Shown piece by piece: positions 16,802 through 27,100 of a stretch of DNA of 64,000 nt. The notes beneath the pieces are model-generated. The model ran no database searches. It was not told the origin of the DNA and saw only the letters and a program-made list of their open reading frames with translations. Every line of letters begins with the position of its first letter. Positions within the stretch are counted from its first letter, which is position 1. The translations under genes were made by a program, and so were the position numbers. The DNA is from a virus: positions 22,391 to 86,390 of the IMG/VR virus record IMGVR_UViG_3300045740_000163; one strand, 5' to 3'.

Positions 16802-17545
16802 ATGAACCTCAAAATGTACGCTTTAGTTGGCACCGTCAGTGGTCTCGCGCTGGCGCTAGGTGTTCACCACGGGCAACAGTTTTTCAAATCGAGAGCAGAA
16901 GTCAGCGAGTATCACCAACAGATGATGCTTGCAACAGAACAACCCTTAGAGTTGGGCGACAACCCAGCTCGAATCTATCCCGATGGTGGGCTACCTCTGG
17001 ATGCTACACCTGAGCCAGGTTATGAAAGCGAGCCAGGATCATTACGCCCGTCCATACAGTTCACAGATCAACCTCCGCCGCTTCCTCCACTATCTAACAC
17101 ACCGTTCCTCGTTCTTAAGAAATCAGCGCAAACGATCAAAGCAACTAAAGATCCTATTTGGACGCTCCAACTGATCAGTAAGGATGGCACTGTCCTAGAT
17201 AGCCTTCAGGCTGTGACGGGTAGAGCGTCCCGACAAGCAGTTAGTCGTCACGTCTCAGGTACAAAAGCACCTTTACCTGTAGGAACTTATCGGATCGACC
17301 GAGCTGGGATCGAGCGAGGCCCCTTCAGTGACCCTGAACTAGGTCGCGGCTACTGGATTCCCATCACTCCCCTGTTTTCCACGGGGCGATCTGATCTTGG
17401 CTTTCACGTTGACCCCTCATGGGGCAAGCTAAACGGAGAGTCAGGAACCAGCGGGTGCATCGGCCTTGAGAACGTTGATGCGACAGTGAAACTGGTTACC
17501 TGGATCAAGCACTTCAACGTATCTAAACTGATTGTTCAATCATGA
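16802..17545 (+). CDS. L,D-transpeptidase (YkuD-like) domain protein with N-terminal anchor
   Basis: PLPVGTY, GFH...GTSGCIGL catalytic His/Cys motif. Confidence 0.8.
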   Translation: MNLKMYALVGTVSGLALALGVHHGQQFFKSRAEVSEYHQQMMLATEQPLELGDNPARIYPDGGLPLDATPEPGYESEPGSLRPSIQFTDQPPPLPPLSNTPFLVLKKSAQTIKATKDPIWTLQLISKDGTVLDSLQAVTGRASRQAVSRHVSGTKAPLPVGTYRIDRAGIERGPFSDPELGRGYWIPITPLFSTGRSDLGFHVDPSWGKLNGESGTSGCIGLENVDATVKLVTWIKHFNVSKLIVQS

Positions 17546-17703
17546 CACGCAGCATTTACAAGAAGTTTCAAATCCTTGCTCTGACTTTCTCAGCATCAGT
17601 TCTTCTGAGTGCAGTAATGCGCGGAGGTACTGTTTCTAAAAGTCACTCCATGCAGTGCCCTGTAGCACCCAATGGTAAGCTCTACCTAGCTCCGGGGTGC
17701 TAG
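17542..17703 (+). CDS. Small exported peptide, 53 aa (below cutoff)
   Basis: Hand-translated; signal-like N-terminus and two Cys; ATGA coupling. Confidence 0.45.
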   Translation: MTRSIYKKFQILALTFSASVLLSAVMRGGTVSKSHSMQCPVAPNGKLYLAPGC

Positions 17704-18006
17704 TGACATCACCAATCACAGTTGTATTGCATTCACAGATTAGCAACAAACACATCACCTATACGAACTTAAGTCCCTCCGCTCTGCTCGCTCTAGTCAA
17801 GGGAAGCAAAAGCAAACAAGCCAAAGAGTTAGCAAACCGACTCATCCCTGTCTTGGAAGATCTCGCCAAGTAGACTTTCCTCTTACTTCTCCCTCCATGA
17901 AGCTTCTTACCGATCTCATTCTGATCTCATTCAGCGTCATCTGTTTAAGCTCTGTGGCTGCCCACGCGCATCACAACGGTCATCACCCTGAAATCACCCA
18001 AGACCA

Positions 18007-18204
18007 ATGTCAGAAGTAAGCTTCACTAAAGACGAGATCCTCACTCTCCGTCGCGCCCTCAACGCACTAGTCACTCGGCAAGAACTCAACTTGCTGTCGG
18101 CTTCGGAACCTATGAAGCGAGAGATCAGGGAGACTCTCTCGAACTTACATGATCTTGACATTAAATTACTACAGCTAAAACCTCAATGCTCTCACGCGTT
18201 ATAG
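18007..18204 (+). CDS. Hypothetical protein
   Basis: Helical ORF coupled to the MarR-like gene. Confidence 0.55.
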   Translation: MSEVSFTKDEILTLRRALNALVTRQELNLLSASEPMKREIRETLSNLHDLDIKLLQLKPQCSHAL

Positions 18205-18500
18205 AACCCTTCGCTCGTTACAATCCACGCGAAGTTTCCTGTACTACATTTCTTATCTTTCTTGCTGTCGGGGAGTCTCACGAGGGACTCCTTCAGACAG
18301 ACCTAGCTCGCAAGCTCAACATCCCGAAGTCAAGCGTTAGTCGAAACTGTAGCTTGTTGGATACACAAACTCAGAAGGGTGAACCTGGCATGGGCCTGGT
18401 GACCCGAGAGCCCTGGCACGCAGACCAAAGAGTCAAGCTTGTAAAACTTACAGCTAAAGGTCGTGAATTGTTTGATGAAATTCACAGCCGCTTAGGTTAA
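18186..18500 (+). CDS. MarR-type winged-helix transcription regulator
   Basis: QTDLARKLNIPKSSVSR...DQRVKLVKLTAKGR. Confidence 0.85.
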   Translation: MLSRVIEPFARYNPREVSCTTFLIFLAVGESHEGLLQTDLARKLNIPKSSVSRNCSLLDTQTQKGEPGMGLVTREPWHADQRVKLVKLTAKGRELFDEIHSRLG

Positions 18501-18515
18501 TCTCACTGGAGTCTC

Positions 18516-19040
18516 TTGATGTCTGTGGTCTTACCTGACTGGCGGATCAAATCTCTATGCGAAGAAGGGATGATCACTCCCTTTGATCCCACGCTGGTCA
18601 ACCCAGCAAGTTTAGATGTGACTCTCGGCACTAACCTTTACGTCGAGACGGAGAAAGGTGGGCTCCTGCCTAAGGACATCTCGGAGAACACGAGAAATAA
18701 CCCTTATCTCCTGATGCCTAATGAGTTTGTCTTAGCTGAGACGTCGGAAGTATTTAACATCCCTGACTTCATTAGCGCACAGTTTGTGCTTAAGTCTTCT
18801 CTCGCTCGCGCAGGCTTGGAACATCTTCTTGCCGGCTACATCGATCCAGGCTTTCACGATTCTGTTTTAACTCTTGAGTTCAAGAACGCTAAACAATTCA
18901 GTCCCTTTCCGATGTGGCCCGGTATGCGCTGTGGTCAGATCGTGTTCACTGAGATGACTGATGTTCCTCAAGCTAGCTACAGGTACACTGGTCGATACAA
19001 TCATGATGCAAAGGTAAGCAGATCGAAAGGTATTCTGTAA
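18516..19040 (+). CDS. dcd: dCTP deaminase
   Basis: NPASLDVTLG, KSSLARAGL, AGYIDPGF, LTLE motifs. Confidence 0.92.
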   Translation: MMSVVLPDWRIKSLCEEGMITPFDPTLVNPASLDVTLGTNLYVETEKGGLLPKDISENTRNNPYLLMPNEFVLAETSEVFNIPDFISAQFVLKSSLARAGLEHLLAGYIDPGFHDSVLTLEFKNAKQFSPFPMWPGMRCGQIVFTEMTDVPQASYRYTGRYNHDAKVSRSKGIL

Positions 19041-19206
19041 CTCACTGGATCTCATACGAGATCCTTTGAGTCTTAGGTGAGAAAGATAAAAGTATTTAAG
19101 TGTGTCTAAGTTTGTTGCTAATCTTACTTATAGAAAAAGTTTTCTTATTAAGAAAAGTTGCACTTACTAGCTCAGGGTATGCACAGGATAAATACCTGGA
19201 GAGGGG

Positions 19207-19235
19207 TTGACACTGTGCTTTGAACGATGTACATT
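19207..19235 (+). promoter_or_regulatory. Sigma70-type promoter of the AAA+/VWA operon
   Basis: TTGACA-N17-TACATT, preceded by AGGGG as at 9365. Confidence 0.75.
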
Positions 19236-19292
19236 GCTCTGCATGGGCGGCACCGGCCCCAAACGTGGTGCGGAACCATCGCATAACATCAC

Positions 19293-19718
19293 ATGACTAA
19301 GATCACTACACAAGCTTTAGTTAATCAAGGACGCATCAGTGCTGAGCGTTATGACTCCTGCGACACAGCTTTAACTGAGTTGAATGACAGCTTTGGCGTC
19401 GAGTACGAAGCATCAAAAAGCAACCTGAACTCGATGCTTTGGCAGGCAGACACAAACGAGATTGATCTCTCAGTATTCCAAGGAGAAGATTCTCTTTTTA
19501 AGTTTCCTGAGTTCAAAACCAACATCGTGGTGAGGATTGATCGCATCCCCACGCCGCATCAAAAGATCGACAAGCTCGATGACAAGATCGCTGATCTAGA
19601 GCTCAAGCTCAAGCTTGCCAAGGCTGAGCGCAAGGCACTGATCGAGCAGCTAATTCTCAAGGGTCAGGTCGATCTTCTGACTGACAAAATCACCGCCGTC
19701 TTCCGTCGCCTCAAGTGA
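19293..19718 (+). CDS. Hypothetical protein with C-terminal coiled coil
   Basis: 141 aa; heptad-like KIDKLDDKIADLELKL. Confidence 0.75.
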   Translation: MTKITTQALVNQGRISAERYDSCDTALTELNDSFGVEYEASKSNLNSMLWQADTNEIDLSVFQGEDSLFKFPEFKTNIVVRIDRIPTPHQKIDKLDDKIADLELKLKLAKAERKALIEQLILKGQVDLLTDKITAVFRRLK

Positions 19719-20932
19719 TCATGAACACCGACAAGATCTTTTTGCTTCACTGCTCTGTTAGTGCTTCAGTTCGGCAGAGCACGCAGATCAAGATGGCTGA
19801 TCTTCAGCTGCCAAACTCTGTGATCGACGTTCTTGAGAAGCAGCAATCCGTTTCTGTGCGGCCCACTCTTTCAGGCAAACTAAAAGATTTCCTGAACCTG
19901 CTGCGTATAGAACAACGGAAGTTGTATGACGAATGCACAATCCATAATGGTGATGTGCACTTCCTCCACGAGGATTACTTTGAGGAAGCTATGGAGCGCA
20001 TCGCCAAGATTCGTTCTGATGCCAACTCTTACAACGAGCAACTCAATGAACTGTGGTTGCAGGAATACACTAGGTGGAGCAACACTGTTGAAGGATTTCT
20101 TGAGCCTCTCTTCCGTGATGACCCTGAAGGTTTCAAGCTGGCGAAGGAAGCTTATTTAACTATCTTTCCTACCAAGCAGGAGTTTGAGAATCCGATTCAG
20201 GTGTTCGTGGTCGGGCCGAATCCTGTAAGCATGGTTGTCTCTGAGAGCAAAGAAGAGCACTCAATCTCATCTGCGATCCAAGAAGCTGCGATCTTCAACA
20301 CCACGCAAGTGTTGGAAGCTGCTCGTGAAAGCGCAGCCGATCGAGCACTAGCTAAAGCGGCCGAGCTTATTGATGATCTCGATGTTCGTGTGTCCAGCAA
20401 GGTGGGTGAACGTCAGACCGGCGGCACCAAGCGCCGAGGATCTTGGCAGATCACTGCAGAAACTTTGCAGCTAATCACCAGACACTGCCCTGGCTTTGAG
20501 AATCTCTCAAAGCTATCAGACGATCTACTTGAGGTTGGTGTACGTCTTCAATCCGAATCCGCCAAGATAAAGAATCAGGCGTTTAAGGATTACACGGACA
20601 TCAAGGCAGAGATCCGGAGTGAGCTACAAGCAATTGTAGACTCGCGAAGTTCTTCTAATGGCTTGGAGTCTCTTAAAAGATCCTTGGCACTCTCGGGCAC
20701 GTACCGAGATTTGCTTGGCAAGATCACCAGCGCTGAAAACCAGGAGCAGCTCGATGAGCTTTACCACGAGCTTCAGATTGAAAAAGATGTGTATCACCAG
20801 CGAGCCAAGCACCTACAAACGTTGTTCGATCAGCGTCTTGAACTTGTTAAAGCTCAAGCCGTGGGCCTGGACGACTTGATTGATGAAGTTAAATCAATTG
20901 AAGCGGAGACTACGGATGACCTTGACTTCTAG
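19715..20932 (+). CDS. Helical hypothetical protein, loosely DUF3150-like
   Basis: 405 aa; position before AAA+/VWA pair; resemblance by eye only. Confidence 0.75.
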   Translation: MIMNTDKIFLLHCSVSASVRQSTQIKMADLQLPNSVIDVLEKQQSVSVRPTLSGKLKDFLNLLRIEQRKLYDECTIHNGDVHFLHEDYFEEAMERIAKIRSDANSYNEQLNELWLQEYTRWSNTVEGFLEPLFRDDPEGFKLAKEAYLTIFPTKQEFENPIQVFVVGPNPVSMVVSESKEEHSISSAIQEAAIFNTTQVLEAARESAADRALAKAAELIDDLDVRVSSKVGERQTGGTKRRGSWQITAETLQLITRHCPGFENLSKLSDDLLEVGVRLQSESAKIKNQAFKDYTDIKAEIRSELQAIVDSRSSSNGLESLKRSLALSGTYRDLLGKITSAENQEQLDELYHELQIEKDVYHQRAKHLQTLFDQRLELVKAQAVGLDDLIDEVKSIEAETTDDLDF

Positions 20933-21052
20933 ATTCAGTCTTAAAGATCTTGTTTTTCTACGCGTCAACAACAGTCTAAGTAAAGGCTATAGATCTCGAA
21001 AACGAGATCGTTTAAAGAAACTACTCAACTGCATCTTCACTATCTTCGACTA

Positions 21053-22237
21053 ATGAACGACAAACTTTTTGCTCAGCTTCAGAACTTTCGCTCCAGCCTC
21101 AACACTGTTTTTCTTGAGCGTGAAGATGTCATTGATGGGTTGCTCGCTTCCCTGATCACCAAGCAGAATAGTTTTCTGTTTGGTATGCCTGGTACCGGTA
21201 AGTCTGAACTGGTGCGAGCAGTATCAAATGGTTTTAAAGGATCACACTTCTTTGGCTATTTACTTTCACCCACAACAGATCCCTCTGAGCTGTTCGGTCC
21301 AGTCGCAGTCTCCAAACTGCTGAAAGATGAATACGTTCGTGATGTCAAAGGGTATCTCCCAAGCGCCAACATCGCATTCCTTGACGAGCTGTTTCGTGGC
21401 AGCTCAGCTGTTCTCAATTCACTGCTTACGATTCTCAACGAACGTACTTTTAACAACGGACGGGATGTCATTGAGACCCCGATCCAATCCATCGTTGCTG
21501 CAACTAATAGCTTTCCTCAAGAAGAATCACTTCAAGCTTTCTGCGACCGATTCCTCTTCAGGCCCACAGTGGATCTTCTAAAGAAACCAGCTTCCAAACG
21601 CCAGCTTGATGCGTGGGCTCTTGGTATTAAGGAACGCCCAACCGCAACGTCAGAACTCACCTTCGAAGATTTACAAACTCTCCAGCAGGAAGTTACATCT
21701 GTCCAAGCAAGCGATGAGTTTCTCGATTCGTTTACTCAGGTAATTGATCTACTCGCAACCAGAGGTATCACCATTAGTGATCGCCGTCGCGTTCAGATTC
21801 TGAAGTTCTTGCGAGGCTGGGCGATCGTACAAGGTGATGAAGAGCTGTACCCGGAACATCTTCATCGTTCTCTTGTTCACATCGTTTATCAAACGACAGA
21901 CGATGTACAGTCCATCAAGGATGTGTTAGAGCAAGTAGTACCTACTGCTGAAAAACTTCTTGAAAGTATCAAGCGGGCTCACAACGGAATCCTTACGGAA
22001 TACCACGCCGTCCACGCTCAAGAATCTAAGAGTGTAGATGATCTGAATCGTCTTGTAGGGAAGCTCCGCAAGATGCACCGAGACCTTGATACTTTAAATA
22101 ACAAGCTGGATAACATTCTCGAATCTGGTCAGTACAGAATCTCAGCTCACGCTCGACAGACAGCAACCAAACTCGCTCAAGCAATTGAGTCGTCATCACA
22201 ATCAGTAGCTAGCTCTATCTCAAACATCTCCTCATGA
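21053..22237 (+). CDS. MoxR-family (RavA-like) AAA+ ATPase
   Basis: Walker A GMPGTGKS, ELFGP, Walker B FLDE, LNSLLTILNER, DRFLFR, ISDRR. Confidence 0.92.
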   Translation: MNDKLFAQLQNFRSSLNTVFLEREDVIDGLLASLITKQNSFLFGMPGTGKSELVRAVSNGFKGSHFFGYLLSPTTDPSELFGPVAVSKLLKDEYVRDVKGYLPSANIAFLDELFRGSSAVLNSLLTILNERTFNNGRDVIETPIQSIVAATNSFPQEESLQAFCDRFLFRPTVDLLKKPASKRQLDAWALGIKERPTATSELTFEDLQTLQQEVTSVQASDEFLDSFTQVIDLLATRGITISDRRRVQILKFLRGWAIVQGDEELYPEHLHRSLVHIVYQTTDDVQSIKDVLEQVVPTAEKLLESIKRAHNGILTEYHAVHAQESKSVDDLNRLVGKLRKMHRDLDTLNNKLDNILESGQYRISAHARQTATKLAQAIESSSQSVASSISNISS

Positions 22238-23775
22238 AAACCAACACCGAGTTCCTCCGCCTTGTAAACAACGATCCTCTTGTACTAGCGGTCTCTGCTC
22301 TGTCTGACTTTTTGTGGGATGACTTTATTCGAGATGCTCGTCCTATCGTCAAGTACATCGAAGATCGCTACAACATCCGTCAGCTGTCTCGCTTTGGGAA
22401 AGAGCTGTTCGATTTTCTATACAACGGCGGACAGGTAACTACGGTCATCACTTTGGATGAAGCCGAAACTTACTTCCGAGCAAAACAAAACGGCCAAAAC
22501 CCTGAACTGCCTAAGAACTACAAGCCTGAATATGCGTTCTGGGTAAATCTGTTCATTCAGATTTGCGAGTCGCCTGCTTGGCCACGGCTCGTATCCCTTT
22601 CAGTTGGAGATCAGTTCACTGCAGGTAATAACGCTATCAACGTCCTGAATGAGCTAAGCGAGGTTATCGATAAGCAGATCGAGCAGGGTTTTATCGATGC
22701 TCACATGCTTGCTGATGCTGGGCAAGAGTTACAGAACATACGAGAACAGTTCATGCAAGCTAAGGCTCGCGGTGACCTTGCCAAGGCTGCGGAACTTCGC
22801 CAAAAGGGTAAAGAACTCGGTCAACAGATCGAACAGGCCATGCAAGAAGCTGCAGAAAACATGCAGCCTCAGGTGGGTAAAGCTGTCGACCGGGCTCATC
22901 AGACTGCTAAAGATGTTCAAGATGCTATGAGTCAGTTGGCTGGCTCGGAAGCAGGAAAAGGTCTTGCTCTCAACGACATAGCACAAAAACGAAACCTAGC
23001 TCGTAAACTCTCAGCCAACCCTGGGTTACGCGAACTGGTCCGTCGACTGGGTGCATTCAGGCAAGCTTGGGCGGATCGCAAGCGTGCTCGCAAAGGCCGT
23101 TCAAACTACAGCGACATCGTAGGAGCCAAGTTCTCGGATGAAGTGATTAAAGCTTTCCCTGCCGAAATCGCTCTTGCTGCCACAGAGCATGGTCGCGCTT
23201 TGTTCGCCCTGAAATACAGCCAGAAAACGTTACTCACAAAAGACTACGAAGCAAAGATCAAGGAACTCGATAAAGGTCCTGTCGTTATGTACATCGATAT
23301 CAGTGGCTCGATGGCTGGTGAGTCTGAGCTGTGGTCGAAAGCACTTGCTTACGTCGTTGCGGAAGAGTGCTTAAAGCAGAACCGGGCTACTCATATTCAC
23401 TTGTTCGACACCGTAATTCAAAAGAGTATTCATCTCGATAAGAACAGAAGTGACAACGAACGTCTTCTTAACTTTGTTCTCAGCTGGACCACACGCGGTG
23501 GTACGTCGTTTTGCTCTGTAATCGATCATGCCTTAAGTAAGGTAAACCATGTCGACAAAGCTGACATTTTGATGATTACTGATGGTAACGCTGAAGTGTC
23601 TGACCCTTTCATCAGACGCCTAAATGCTTTCAAGCAAGAACACGGAGTCCAATGGAACAGCTTTTGTATCGGAAAGAAATCACGTGTGCTGAGTCAATTC
23701 AGTGATGCTGTGCACACTGTAGATCCTTCAGACGACTTTAGTAGTGCAGAACTGTTCCAAAACGCTTTAAACTAA
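22234..23775 (+). CDS. VWA-domain (ViaA-like) partner of the MoxR ATPase
   Basis: MIDAS DISGS, GGT, ITDG; ATGA coupling to the ATPase. Confidence 0.9.
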   Translation: MKTNTEFLRLVNNDPLVLAVSALSDFLWDDFIRDARPIVKYIEDRYNIRQLSRFGKELFDFLYNGGQVTTVITLDEAETYFRAKQNGQNPELPKNYKPEYAFWVNLFIQICESPAWPRLVSLSVGDQFTAGNNAINVLNELSEVIDKQIEQGFIDAHMLADAGQELQNIREQFMQAKARGDLAKAAELRQKGKELGQQIEQAMQEAAENMQPQVGKAVDRAHQTAKDVQDAMSQLAGSEAGKGLALNDIAQKRNLARKLSANPGLRELVRRLGAFRQAWADRKRARKGRSNYSDIVGAKFSDEVIKAFPAEIALAATEHGRALFALKYSQKTLLTKDYEAKIKELDKGPVVMYIDISGSMAGESELWSKALAYVVAEECLKQNRATHIHLFDTVIQKSIHLDKNRSDNERLLNFVLSWTTRGGTSFCSVIDHALSKVNHVDKADILMITDGNAEVSDPFIRRLNAFKQEHGVQWNSFCIGKKSRVLSQFSDAVHTVDPSDDFSSAELFQNALN

Positions 23776-23828
23776 CCTGGTCTTTTTGAACATGCGGAGT
23801 AGATTGAGGGTCGTCGACTACTCCCCGC

Positions 23829-24257
23829 ATGGATAGACGAACTGAAGCAGCGGCAATCCGAAAATTAGAGGCTGAGTACTCGCCTGCCACGGAGAGATTT
23901 GAACTCGAAGACTGGTTAGCTCAACAGTTGTTCGAAACTTATCACAACATAAATGAAGGTAACGCAGAACTATTTAAGTTCAGGGAGGCGGTAATTCTTT
24001 ATGTTCCATCTACAGAATTGATCAACGCTACAAGACTAATCGGCAGCGACATAACAGAACATTGTGTTCTACTCAGCGGATTCTTATACAAAAATTATGG
24101 AGTAAAAAAACTAGGAAACAAAGCTGACGTTGAGATGGAGCTTATGCTTAGCGAGTTTGATTTTGAATTAATGGCACTTCAGATAGCTGACGACTTGATT
24201 GCGTGGTACGACAATATGAGCTTAGTGAACGATGTGCTTTCAGTGTACAGTAAATGA
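23829..24257 (+). CDS. Hypothetical protein
   Basis: 142-aa acidic ORF. Confidence 0.65.
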   Translation: MDRRTEAAAIRKLEAEYSPATERFELEDWLAQQLFETYHNINEGNAELFKFREAVILYVPSTELINATRLIGSDITEHCVLLSGFLYKNYGVKKLGNKADVEMELMLSEFDFELMALQIADDLIAWYDNMSLVNDVLSVYSK

Positions 24258-24338
24258 CGGAAACCTTAAGATAAACTGAAGTCCTCTTGCTTCCAAGCAT
24301 TGGAACGATAGTCTCTACTCGTTCCGCTTCACTTCAAC

Positions 24339-25151
24339 GTGAACTTCAAATTCAAAATCGGCGAGACGACTCTCGACAACAATGAGGCAAAAGCTCTTCT
24401 GAACGCGGCCGGCCGAAACCAAGCAATCGTTGTGGACATCGCTGACCACATCGACCCGACAATGATTGATGCAAAAAAGCTGTTCTCAATCAGCGTAGAG
24501 ACCAAGAACCCTACCCTTGCATCTCTGGCAGCTCGGTTCGCAATTGAGGGAGTCGAAACCCCTAAGAAAAGAACTTACAACCGAACAGACGCCAACAGGA
24601 TCTCGCGGATCGAGCCGACCACAAGCATCAATGCACCAGATGAAGCTATCGAGGCTCTGTGCAAGATGACAAGCCTCAAGGCAATTGGGGCGGCGATGAT
24701 TCTTGATGGGATTTGCGACGGAAACAGTCGGACTCTGCGTCAGATCGCTACCAGCTGCGTAAATAACATGGCTTATCGCGGCTCAGTAAGTCCGGATTCC
24801 CAGTGCTTCATGGGCTTCTGTAAGGATGGTGAAGGGCACTACCGGACGCTGAATCAGGGGCCGAACGTCCCTAGAAGTGCTTGCTACCACGCGTCTCCGA
24901 TGTACACAGCTATCCGTGATGGCGCTGCTCTTCTTAAAGAATGGGGCCTGCTTGAGATGAAAGAGATCATCGAGTTCGGAAGTAAGGACAAGGTGCTCAA
25001 CGAAAACAGCAAGCGGCTCCGTCGCACCGTTTACGCTGTTGCACCTACAGCCATGGGTCAGAAGGTAGCCCGCGAGTGGGGAGACATTAAAGATTTCATT
25101 AGTCGTCGTTGGAGCACCCGCATTCGGGAGCGGAACGCTTACGCTGCATAA
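24339..25151 (+). CDS. Hypothetical protein, possible winged-helix DNA-binding protein
   Basis: 270 aa; TLRQIA...LKEWGLLE...YAVAPT; followed by terminator. Confidence 0.7.
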   Translation: MNFKFKIGETTLDNNEAKALLNAAGRNQAIVVDIADHIDPTMIDAKKLFSISVETKNPTLASLAARFAIEGVETPKKRTYNRTDANRISRIEPTTSINAPDEAIEALCKMTSLKAIGAAMILDGICDGNSRTLRQIATSCVNNMAYRGSVSPDSQCFMGFCKDGEGHYRTLNQGPNVPRSACYHASPMYTAIRDGAALLKEWGLLEMKEIIEFGSKDKVLNENSKRLRRTVYAVAPTAMGQKVAREWGDIKDFISRRWSTRIRERNAYAA

Positions 25152-25174
25152 ACTCTTTCCTCGTCAACCCAGTT

Positions 25175-25199
25175 GGGCGTCGAAAGGCGCCCTTTTTTT
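25175..25199 (+). terminator. Rho-independent terminator
   Basis: GGGCGTC-GAAA-GGCGCCC followed by T7. Confidence 0.85.
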
Positions 25200-25204
25200 A
25201 TCCC

Positions 25205-27100
25205 ATGAAAATCTTTTACGCAACTACCCAAGAGCAGTTCAAGCAAGCACTTAATGAACTAACGCAGATACCAAAGATGTGCTTAGACTTCGAAACAACG
25301 GGTCTGGACTCACACGTCTCTAAACCTCGTTTAATTCAACTTTGTACTACCGACGAAAAAATAGAGAATAGGACTGTTTACGTTCTCGATTTATTTAAAG
25401 TCCCTGATGTCACGGGGCTTAAGGAGCTAATTGAAAGTCGTGAAATGCTCCTGGGTCATAATCTTAATTTTGACTTACAGTTTCTTTTATCTTTAGGTAT
25501 CGATTACAAAGGAAAAATCTTTGATACTTACATTGCAGAGCGCTGCCTACGAGCTGGGTTTAAGGAGAAAAAGGTTTCCCCGAAATTACAAAAGCCTTAT
25601 TTCGATGACGTCAGCTGTTCACTAAAAGCTGTAGTGAGTCGGCGTCTTGAATTAGACATCAGTAAAGAACAACAGGTATCTGACTGGAGCAAAGAAGAAC
25701 TGGATATAGAACAGATTGAATATGCTGCAAAAGACGTAGACCTGCTGCCGAAAGTCGCTGCAGATCAACTAAAAGAGCTAGTCGAAGAGTCGCTTATAGA
25801 CGTTTACTCTCTTGAATCCAAATGCGTCCGCCCCGTGGCGCGTATGTGTCACAGAGGATTCAACGTTGATGTTAATAAGCTGATCGCATTAAGAAACGCT
25901 ATACAAGTAAAGCTGGATGAGGTTACTCTAGAATTCTGCACTAAGCTCGACGCTGCTTTACCACCGGAACTCAAGCTTCCTAGGAGGATTGATGGCTCAC
26001 TGGCAATCGGGAAAAACCTTCGAAAAGAATTCAACCCTGGCTCAGGAGTTCAGTGCACAAAGTGTTTCGAAGCACTTGGCGTTGCACTTCCAACAAATCC
26101 AGGAACAGGAAAATCGACACTTAATCAGATACAGCTCGCAGAGTTCGACAGTGACGATCCCTTTCTCAATCTTTACCGTAAGCGCACAAAAATTGAAACG
26201 CAGCTGGAACACGCTGAAAAGCTTATTGCAAATATAAATCCTATAACTCATAGAATTCACTCAGGCTACAACCAATACGGAGCGAACTCGGGTCGATTTA
26301 CCTCTAGCGGGGCAAAGAAAACTAGCGCAAAAAAAGTTAAGGATCAGTTTGCGATCAACGCTCAACAGATCCCTCGCGATAAAGAATTTCGTGAGTGCTT
26401 TGTAACTACTCCGGGTTATCAGCTAATCATTTGTGACTTCAGCCAAATCGAGTTAAGACTCGGTGCTGAGTTAATTGGAATCCCTCAAATGATTCAGGCG
26501 TTTAAGGATGGACATGATCTACACACAGTTACAGCCAGTTTAATTTACAAGATACCATTAGACGAAGTTCAAAAACACCAGAGGCAAGAAGGAAAAACTC
26601 TAAATTTTGCGTTGTTATATGGAATGGGGTACCGCAAGTACAAAACTTACGCTGCGCAGAGTGGAAAGATAATTTCATTATCTGAGGCTAAAGTCGCCCA
26701 CGCTGCGTTCCACAACGCGTATCCTAGGTTGCGCCAATGGCACAGAGAAAGATCTGCGATGGTTGAAGACGGGTGGACTTACGTAAGGACACCCCTAGGC
26801 CGTAGGCGTCTCCTCTCTTACGATGACGCGGTGATGACTGCTTGTGCCAACACACTGATACAAGGAGCCGGAGCTGATATTCTTAAGCTGTCTCTAGCCA
26901 AACTCAACCCTCACCTCGGGGATGAAGCTCACTTAGTTGCTTGTGTTCATGATGAAATTGTTCTCGAAGCTATTACAGAAAAGGTTGAGTACTACAAAGA
27001 AGTGCTTGAAGGCTGTATGAAAGAAGCAGCCGAAACGATCTTAAAAGAAGTCCCTGCTAAAGCAGACGCCAGTTACGGAGATTCTTGGTCTGAAAAATGA
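25205..27100 (+). CDS. polA: Family A DNA polymerase with 3'-5' exonuclease domain
   Basis: ExoI DFETTG, ExoII HNLNFD, ExoIII YAAKD; motif A DFSQIELR, B KTLNFALLYG, C VHDE; ATG at 25205 after the terminator. Confidence 0.95.
   Translation: MKIFYATTQEQFKQALNELTQIPKMCLDFETTGLDSHVSKPRLIQLCTTDEKIENRTVYVLDLFKVPDVTGLKELIESREMLLGHNLNFDLQFLLSLGIDYKGKIFDTYIAERCLRAGFKEKKVSPKLQKPYFDDVSCSLKAVVSRRLELDISKEQQVSDWSKEELDIEQIEYAAKDVDLLPKVAADQLKELVEESLIDVYSLESKCVRPVARMCHRGFNVDVNKLIALRNAIQVKLDEVTLEFCTKLDAALPPELKLPRRIDGSLAIGKNLRKEFNPGSGVQCTKCFEALGVALPTNPGTGKSTLNQIQLAEFDSDDPFLNLYRKRTKIETQLEHAEKLIANINPITHRIHSGYNQYGANSGRFTSSGAKKTSAKKVKDQFAINAQQIPRDKEFRECFVTTPGYQLIICDFSQIELRLGAELIGIPQMIQAFKDGHDLHTVTASLIYKIPLDEVQKHQRQEGKTLNFALLYGMGYRKYKTYAAQSGKIISLSEAKVAHAAFHNAYPRLRQWHRERSAMVEDGWTYVRTPLGRRRLLSYDDAVMTACANTLIQGAGADILKLSLAKLNPHLGDEAHLVACVHDEIVLEAITEKVEYYKEVLEGCMKEAAETILKEVPAKADASYGDSWSEK

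Noticed and set aside
25109-25204. N-terminal extension of the DNA polymerase in the ORF track
   Set aside because: It overlaps the upstream gene end and an intrinsic terminator; ATG 25205 is more plausible.
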